From an uncultured Bacteroides sp. (lineage in GTDB: Bacteria > Bacteroidota > Bacteroidia > Bacteroidales > Bacteroidaceae), in NCBI GenBank assembly GCA_964431195.1, contig CAYSIQ010000007.1:1-35113 (forward strand): DNA of 35,113 nucleotides, given 5' to 3'. Positions 29,121 to 35,113 of the stretch are shown here, piece after piece. The notes beneath the pieces are model-generated. The model saw nothing but the letters and a program-made list of their open reading frames with translations, had not been told where the DNA came from and did no database searches. Every line of letters starts with the position of its first letter. Position 1 is the stretch's first letter. Made by a program: the position numbers and the translations under genes.

Positions 29121-29735
29121 ATGCTGATTGAACAGCCCCCCCGGATTTTCCGCAAGTTCTACCCGAATGCCATCTGGCGGATGGATGCGGGGGAGCGTGC
29201 CGTGTACCTGACTTTCGATGACGGCCCCGTCCCCGAAGTGACGCCGTGGGTGCTCGCCCTGCTCGAGCGCGAAAAGGTAAAAGCCACTTTCTTCATGGTA
29301 GGCGACAATGCGTGCCGCCATCCCGGTATATTCCGCCAGGTGGCGGAAGCGGGGCATCGCATCGGCAACCACACTTTCAACCACATCCGGGGCTTTGAAA
29401 CGCTTGCCGAGGACTATCTGTTCAATGTCGAAAAGGCCAACGGCATCCTGCAGGCCGGCCTCTTCCGCCCGCCGCACGGGCAAATGACGTGGGCGCAATA
29501 CCTGCTGCTGAAGCGCAATTACCGCATCATAATGTGGGATCTCGTGACGCGCGACTACAGCAAGAAGCTCAGCGGGCCGCAGGTGCTGGCCAACGTGGTG
29601 CGCCATGCGCGCAACGGCAGCATCATCACTTTCCACGATTCCCTCAAGTCGTGGCGCAACGGCAACCTCGCATACGCCCTGCCGCATGCCGTCAGATTCC
29701 TCAAGGAGGAGGGCTATGTCTTTAAGTTGCTGTAA
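29121..29735 (+). CDS. Polysaccharide deacetylase (CE4/NodB)
   Basis: LTFDDGP, GNHTFNH, FRPPHG and IITFHD motifs. Confidence 0.95.
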   Translation: MLIEQPPRIFRKFYPNAIWRMDAGERAVYLTFDDGPVPEVTPWVLALLEREKVKATFFMVGDNACRHPGIFRQVAEAGHRIGNHTFNHIRGFETLAEDYLFNVEKANGILQAGLFRPPHGQMTWAQYLLLKRNYRIIMWDLVTRDYSKKLSGPQVLANVVRHARNGSIITFHDSLKSWRNGNLAYALPHAVRFLKEEGYVFKLL

Positions 29736-29821
29736 GTGAAAACATCGCGACGGAAACTGTCGCGTGAGCCCGGAACAAGCCCGGAGACAGAACGGCATCC
29801 CAATCCCGCGTGCTTGCTCCA

Positions 29822-29878
29822 AACAAGAAAGGGACAAACCCCGGCTTCCCAGTCCGGCAGGTTTGTCCCTTTCCTGTT
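29822..29878. terminator. Long hairpin between convergent genes, probable bidirectional terminator
   Basis: AACAAGAAAGGGACAAACC ... GGTTTGTCCCTTTCCTGTT, 19 bp arms with 1 mismatch. Confidence 0.7.
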
Positions 29879-29900
29879 GCGGGGAGATTGCCCCCCATCT

Positions 29901-31148
29901 CTACTCTACCGCCACAGCCAGCGGGTGGCGGATTCTCTGGGCAAAGCCGTCCATATATTCGTTCCAGGCTTCGGGTGTCTGTATGGCTGCTTTGTCCCAC
30001 GCGAAGCCCCAATAGTAAACGTATTCCGTGCCGGGCGTGTAGGTGTCGTATGCCAGGATGTGCCCGTCGGCATTGCCGTGCGCCTCCTTCTCTTCGGGCG
30101 TGAAGAATACGGGGCGGATGCTGTCCACCTTGGCGAGGAATGCCGCGCCCGTGAATATCCTGCCTTGGCCGGGGCCTGTGGTTGGGTCAACGTAAGTCAT
30201 GTAGCCGGCTTCGGCATTGCAGAGGGTAACGGCTGCGCCTTCAGACTCGTGCAGCACGATGCCCGTCACAAGGGGTGTCCCGGCACTGAGGTTGGCGTAG
30301 GACACGGTTGTCTTGTTGAGGCGCGAGCCGGCATCGAGGCTGATGAGGCGTGTTTCCACCACAGCCGTGTCGCCTTTCACGCGCAGGGGATGGAAAACCA
30401 GCCTGACGGTGAAGCGCAACGGCCCGTTGTCCAGCACTTCCTGCTCGCTGTAGCACCACGGGTAGGCGATGGCACTGTCGGCCAGCAGCGCGGCCGTGCC
30501 TGCGCCCAACGTGGAGCCTACCGCATAGCAGTCCATGCCGTAGCCATGGTCTATGTGGTAGGAGATGGCGGCGGCCAGCTCATCGGCTGCTTTGTCCTCC
30601 CCTTTTTGGCGCAATTCATCAATTTCCGCCCGCGATTCGGCATTCAGCTCTTTGGCGTACATCTCTTCCAGTACGGGGGCGGTGGTGTTGTACTTCGTAA
30701 ACAAGTCGTAGCCGAAGCCGCGTTCGCCCCGTGCCTGCAAGGCAGGCCCGTAGGCGCGGTAGCCGCCCAAATCGTTCTCCCATGCCATGTCATCGTCCCG
30801 TTCGGGATAGGGGCGTCCGCAGGCAATGACTTCCACAGGTTTGGGCGCACCGGGGCGGACGGTGTAGGTGGCCTTGCCCGAGGCATCCACTTTGACGGGG
30901 AAGACAAGCAGGTCGTTGTACGTGACTTGGTAGGGCACTTGTTCGCCTTCGGCATCCAGCACTACAATCTGTGCCGTGTCGGCCAAGTATAGCAAGTCGG
31001 ACACTTGCTCCATAGACACCTCCACCAGTTCGCTCTCGCGCGGTACGTGCAAGGGATTTTCAACCGTGACGGTCACGGCATCCTGCCCTCCGCCGCCGCA
31101 TGCCGTGCAGAACCAGGCCAGTGTACTCATGCATATCAGTTTCTTCAT
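29901..31148 (-). CDS. DUF4861 family lipoprotein
   Basis: MKKLICMSTLAWFCTA-C lipoprotein signal; ERDDDMAWEND...RAYGPAL, YHIDHGYGMDCYAVGSTLGAG and NGPLR motifs; downstream of kduD. Confidence 0.85.
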   Translation of the reverse strand: MKKLICMSTLAWFCTACGGGGQDAVTVTVENPLHVPRESELVEVSMEQVSDLLYLADTAQIVVLDAEGEQVPYQVTYNDLLVFPVKVDASGKATYTVRPGAPKPVEVIACGRPYPERDDDMAWENDLGGYRAYGPALQARGERGFGYDLFTKYNTTAPVLEEMYAKELNAESRAEIDELRQKGEDKAADELAAAISYHIDHGYGMDCYAVGSTLGAGTAALLADSAIAYPWCYSEQEVLDNGPLRFTVRLVFHPLRVKGDTAVVETRLISLDAGSRLNKTTVSYANLSAGTPLVTGIVLHESEGAAVTLCNAEAGYMTYVDPTTGPGQGRIFTGAAFLAKVDSIRPVFFTPEEKEAHGNADGHILAYDTYTPGTEYVYYWGFAWDKAAIQTPEAWNEYMDGFAQRIRHPLAVAVE

Positions 31149-31267
31149 GACATTCTTCTGTAAAGGTAGCTGCCGCATAAAACAGGAAATGGATAACCGG
31201 GTTGCGAAAGTCGCGCTTCCTCCTACCCAGTTACCCATTCCATTCATGTCCAATGGCTGTCCTTGAT

Positions 31268-32071
31268 TTATTCAGGCTGCTTGCCGATGTAAGCCAGAAT
31301 GCCGCCGTCCACGTAGAGGATGTGCCCGTTGACCGCGTTCGACGCGTCCGATGCCAGGAATACGGCAGGGCCTGTCAGTTCGGCTGTTTCCAGCCAGCGG
31401 CCTGCGGGTGTCTTGGCGCAGATGAACTTGTCGAACGGGTGGCGGCTGCCATCAGGCTGCTTTTCGCGCAGCGGGGCAGTCTGTGGCGTGGCGATGTAGC
31501 CCGGGCCGATGCCGTTGCACTGGATATTGTACTGCCCGTATTCGGAGCAGATGTTGCGCGTCAGCATCTTCAGGCCGCCCTTGGCTGCCGCATAGGCCGA
31601 TACGGTCTCGCGCCCCAGTTCGGACATCATGGAGCAGATGTTGATGATTTTGCCGTGCCCTTTCTTAATCATGGCGGGCAGCACAGCTTTCGACACGATG
31701 AACGGGGCGTTCAAGTCGATGTCGATAACCTTGCGGAACTCCGATGCAGGCATTTCGGTCATGGGAATGCGGCGGATGATTCCGGCGTTGTTTACCAAAA
31801 TGTCAATCACGCCCACTTCTTTTTCAATCCGGGCGACCAATGCCTGTACGGCGGCTTCATCGGTCACGTCGCACACATAGCCGTGCGCCTTGATGCCCTT
31901 TTCGGCATACGACTTCAGGCCTTTGTCTACCAAGTCCTGGTTGATGTCGTTAAAGCACACTTTGGCACCTTGCTCTGCAAAGGCAGAAGCAATGGCAAAG
32001 CCGATGCCATAGGAAGCGCCCGTAACGAGGGCTACTTTACCTTCCAGTGAGAAATTCAAATACGGATTCAT
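31268..32071 (-). CDS. kduD: KduD / gluconate 5-dehydrogenase-type SDR (2-deoxy-D-gluconate 3-dehydrogenase role)
   Basis: TGASYGIG, NNAGI and YAAAKGG motifs; adjacent to kduI. Confidence 0.88.
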   Translation of the reverse strand: MNPYLNFSLEGKVALVTGASYGIGFAIASAFAEQGAKVCFNDINQDLVDKGLKSYAEKGIKAHGYVCDVTDEAAVQALVARIEKEVGVIDILVNNAGIIRRIPMTEMPASEFRKVIDIDLNAPFIVSKAVLPAMIKKGHGKIINICSMMSELGRETVSAYAAAKGGLKMLTRNICSEYGQYNIQCNGIGPGYIATPQTAPLREKQPDGSRHPFDKFICAKTPAGRWLETAELTGPAVFLASDASNAVNGHILYVDGGILAYIGKQPE

Positions 32072-32206
32072 ACTGCTTATTAGTTTTAAGTTAATTGAAA
32101 GTATTGTTTTATGCTATTTTCGTTTTTTTATTGCCTCTCTTGTTCACGTTGCCGGCACGCGGCATTTCCCGTCCAAAACCTGCCCGCAAAAAACGTGCCG
32201 TAAGCC

Positions 32207-33061
32207 TTACTTCAGGTCTGTAATCGCCCAAAAATCCTGATCGCCGTAGTCCAAGTTCTCGCCGCCCATGCCCCAGATGAAAGTATAATTGTATGTGGCG
32301 GCTGCGGCATGGATAGACCATTCGGGCGAAAGCACGGCTTGTTCGTTTTTCATCCAGAGGTGGCGTGTCTCGTCGGGTTGGCCCATCAGGTGGCATACCG
32401 CTTGGCCTTCGGGCACTTCGAAGTAGAAGTAGGCTTCCATGCGGCGGCTGTGCACGTGTGCCGGCATGGTGTTCCACACGCTGCCTGTGGCCAGTTCGGT
32501 CATGCCCATTTGCAACTGGCAGGTAGGGAGCACCTGCGCCACTAGCATCTTGTTGATGCGCCGTTTGTTGGATGTCTCCAAGCCGCCTAGCTCTGCCACT
32601 ATGGCATCGGCCTTGGCCACCTTGCGGTCGGGATAGTTGCGGTGGGCCGGGGTAGAGTTGAAGTAAAACTTGGCAGGGCGCGTCGCGTCAAGGCTGGCAA
32701 AGCTGATGCGCCGGTCGCCCGCGCCCAAGTAGAGCGCTTCCTTATAGCCGAGGTCGAACAGCACGTCCACCGGTTCGCCTTCCACCTTAACGCGTCCCGG
32801 CCCGCCCACGTTGAAGATGCCTATTTCGCGACGTGCCAGAAAGTACGCCGCTTTCAGCGGGTCGATGGCTTCAAGGGGCAGCGTCTCGCTCACGGGCATG
32901 AGGCCGCCCACAACCATACGGTCGTACAAAGAATAGGTCATGTTAGCTTCATCGGGGACAAAAAGCCTCTCTATCAAGAAGTCGCGGCGGAGGCGTTGCG
33001 TATCGTAGAGCCTTGCATCATCGGGATGCGCGGCATAACGGATTTCATAATTTGTCTTCAT
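32207..33061 (-). CDS. kduI: 5-dehydro-4-deoxy-D-glucuronate isomerase
   Basis: WNTMPAHVHSRRMEAYFYF, QAVLSPEWSIH and YTFIWGMGGEN motifs. Confidence 0.97.
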   Translation of the reverse strand: MKTNYEIRYAAHPDDARLYDTQRLRRDFLIERLFVPDEANMTYSLYDRMVVGGLMPVSETLPLEAIDPLKAAYFLARREIGIFNVGGPGRVKVEGEPVDVLFDLGYKEALYLGAGDRRISFASLDATRPAKFYFNSTPAHRNYPDRKVAKADAIVAELGGLETSNKRRINKMLVAQVLPTCQLQMGMTELATGSVWNTMPAHVHSRRMEAYFYFEVPEGQAVCHLMGQPDETRHLWMKNEQAVLSPEWSIHAAAATYNYTFIWGMGGENLDYGDQDFWAITDLK

Positions 33062-33117
33062 AAGCGATGTTTTTTATGTAAAAAGGCCAACGTAACGTTT
33101 CGCTTGCATACACTTTG

Positions 33118-33125
33118 CAAATTTA
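33118..33125 (-). promoter_or_regulatory. Sigma-A -7 element for the kduI operon
   Basis: Minus-strand TAAATTTG, 56 bp upstream of the ATG. Confidence 0.7.
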
Positions 33126-33151
33126 GCAAAGAAAAGCATAGGTTGCAACAG

Positions 33152-33179
33152 AATATTCGGGCAATTATGTCCGAATATT
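33152..33179. promoter_or_regulatory. 28 bp near-perfect palindrome upstream of the kduI promoter
   Basis: AATATTCGGGCA-ATTA-TGTCCGAATATT. Confidence 0.5.
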
Positions 33180-33766
33180 AGTATATGGCCTGTATATTCC
33201 TGCCGTTGCATGCTTACGATTAAAAACATGAATCTTATTCTTTTCTTCTATATCATCCCTGTATGCCCTGCCCCCACTAATTTTTGTTGGATTCGCGTCA
33301 ATGAAATCTTCTACCTTGTAATTTAGGGTTCCTGGATTTCTCTTGCGCATACAAAATTATTCTTGAAGTGTTCGTTTGGCTAATTTATTTAGACCAACCT
33401 TGCATATACTATAAGGGGACTTTATAAATTAAATGTTTGATAACGCTTTGTGAATCGAAATAATTATTCGCATATTTAAGCGTACAAGAAGCTGAGAATG
33501 ATGAATAAGTCCGGCCGTTACAGGAGCCGTATCCATAAGAGCCTGCTTGAGCCCGAAGATACCCGATCTGTTTTGTCCGGCCTTGGTAACCTGTTGCCTG
33601 CCCTTTGAAGTATAGTTGGCTTCGGGATGTTTCGTTCAAGGCGCTGTTCCTGCAACGCTGTTACGGTTCGGGCGGCAGGTTTTGCCCGGCATGTGCGGCT
33701 GCATGGAGATTAGGAAAGGGCATCGGAATAGCCCCGCGCGGGATGTCATGGGAAAGAAAAACGGAC

Positions 33767-33802
33767 AAATGGCCTTAGATTCTCCGGGAGAAGGCCATTT
33801 TT
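33767..33802 (+). promoter_or_regulatory. Inverted repeat just upstream of the integrase
   Basis: AAATGGCCTT (33767-33776) / AAGGCCATTT (33791-33800) followed by further T's, with an overlapping TTCTCC-G-GGAGAA dyad. Confidence 0.5.
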
Positions 33803-33832
33803 ATTGAACATCAAACAATCAAAATAACGATA

Positions 33833-35038
33833 ATGGCTACAGTTAAAGTGAAATTCCGTGCTTCTTCCGTTCCGGCGAAGGAAGGCACATTATTCTATCA
33901 GGTGATTCATAATCGTGTGACCAGGCAAGCCAGCACCGGCTACAAGTTGTACCCGCATGAATGGGACGCGGCAACTGCGGAAACAGTCATTCTTCCCGAT
34001 GCCGGTGACAATCGCCGGGACTACTTGGTCTCATTGAGGAATACCTTACGTGACGGGGTCAAGCGGCTCAAAAGCATCATTTCGCGTTTCGAACATGCCG
34101 GCAAGGCCTATACAGCCGGGGACGTGTTGGAAAGATACCTCGCGTCAGATGCCGGAGGTTTCATGGGGTTCACGTATGACGTTATCCGGCAACTGGAACA
34201 GGCCGGCAAACCCCGCACCGCCGAAAGGTACACGGCCATCTTAAAAAGCTTCAGGCGTTTTCTCGGGGAAAACGACGTGCCCTTGGACGAGGTCGATTCC
34301 GACCTGATGGCCCGGTACGAGGACTACCTGAGATCGGGCGGCGTGTGCCCGAACACTTCCTCCTATTATTTGCGGGGCTTGCGGGCGATCTACAACCGGG
34401 CAGTCGAAAGGGATCTGACCGTGCAACGCTGCCCGTTCAAGCATGTTTATACCGGCATCGGCAAGACCGTCAAACGGGCCGTTCCCCTGAAAGTCATCCG
34501 TCAAATCCGGGACCTGGATTTATGCTCCTCGCCGGCTATGGATTACGCGAGGGACATGTTCCTCTTTTCTTTCTATACACGCGGGATGTCCTTCGTGGAC
34601 ATGGCGTACCTTAAAAAGAAAGACCTTCGGAACGGGGTACTGACTTACCGCAGGCAAAAGACGGGGCGGCTGCTGGCCATCAAATGGGAGCGGCCGATGC
34701 AGGAAATCGTGGAAAAATATGATGGCTCCGGAACGTCCTACCTCCTGCCTATTATCAAGGATACGGCACGCGACGCGAGACGGCAGTACCTCAATGCCGG
34801 GCATCTGGCCAATGGCAAATTGAAAGAAATAGGCAGGATGCTGGAACTTCGCATGCCTCTCACCATGTATGTTGCCCGCCATGCTTGGGCGAGCATCGCC
34901 AAAAGCTGCAGGATTCCCCTCCCTGTCATCAGCGAGGGGATGGGGCACGGCTCCGAGAGCACGACACGCATCTACCTCGCCTCCCTGGATGCATCAGAGA
35001 TCGACAAGGCGAACAAATCCATACTGAAAATGCTGTAA
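33833..35038 (+). CDS. Tyrosine site-specific recombinase/integrase (Bacteroidales arm-binding + SAM-like + catalytic domains)
   Basis: Catalytic set TRGMSFVD (R), RQKTG (K), YVARH (Y at the usual H position of HxxR), GMGH and TRIY (Y); 401 aa. Confidence 0.95.
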   Translation: MATVKVKFRASSVPAKEGTLFYQVIHNRVTRQASTGYKLYPHEWDAATAETVILPDAGDNRRDYLVSLRNTLRDGVKRLKSIISRFEHAGKAYTAGDVLERYLASDAGGFMGFTYDVIRQLEQAGKPRTAERYTAILKSFRRFLGENDVPLDEVDSDLMARYEDYLRSGGVCPNTSSYYLRGLRAIYNRAVERDLTVQRCPFKHVYTGIGKTVKRAVPLKVIRQIRDLDLCSSPAMDYARDMFLFSFYTRGMSFVDMAYLKKKDLRNGVLTYRRQKTGRLLAIKWERPMQEIVEKYDGSGTSYLLPIIKDTARDARRQYLNAGHLANGKLKEIGRMLELRMPLTMYVARHAWASIAKSCRIPLPVISEGMGHGSESTTRIYLASLDASEIDKANKSILKML

Positions 35039-35077
35039 AACAAGGACGTACACGCCTGATTCATTAGGCCAAACCGG

Positions 35078-35100
35078 TACTTCTCTTATTAGGAGAAGTA
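35078..35100. other. Candidate recombinase core site (8-7-8 inverted repeat)
   Basis: TACTTCTC-TTATTAG-GAGAAGTA has perfect 8 bp arms and an asymmetric 7 bp spacer, 40 bp after the integrase stop. Confidence 0.6.
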
Positions 35101-35113
35101 TTAAACGCCGCGA

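Overview
A 35 kb window from a GC-rich Bacteroidales (Bacteroides-like) chromosome; the assignment rests on the murF-alr fusion, GSCFA, DUF2723, DUF4861, kduI/kduD and TAnnTTTG promoters. Housekeeping blocks (RND pump, queA, GSCFA-murF/alr, hsp20, lpdA, ybeY, SpmA/B-type membrane protein, DUF2723-deacetylase, kduI-kduD-DUF4861) alternate with accessory or decaying DNA. The accessory DNA comprises an intact EcoP15I/StyLTI-like Type III R-M system at the left edge, a second unrelated Type III system with intact mod and frameshifted res, two broken Schlafen/AlbA_2 genes, a surface-protein fragment, and a tyrosine recombinase at the right edge followed by a core-type palindrome. The most interesting non-coding signals are (1) a ~250 nt leader upstream of the second mod gene with the target / hairpin-loop antisense / terminator / target layout of phage c4/CI immunity RNAs, (2) a perfect sigma-54 promoter with two phased TGAC-N5-GTC boxes upstream of hsp20, and (3) a dispersed family of 22-23 bp-period palindromic arrays. 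All protein calls come from motif recognition; no database search was run.
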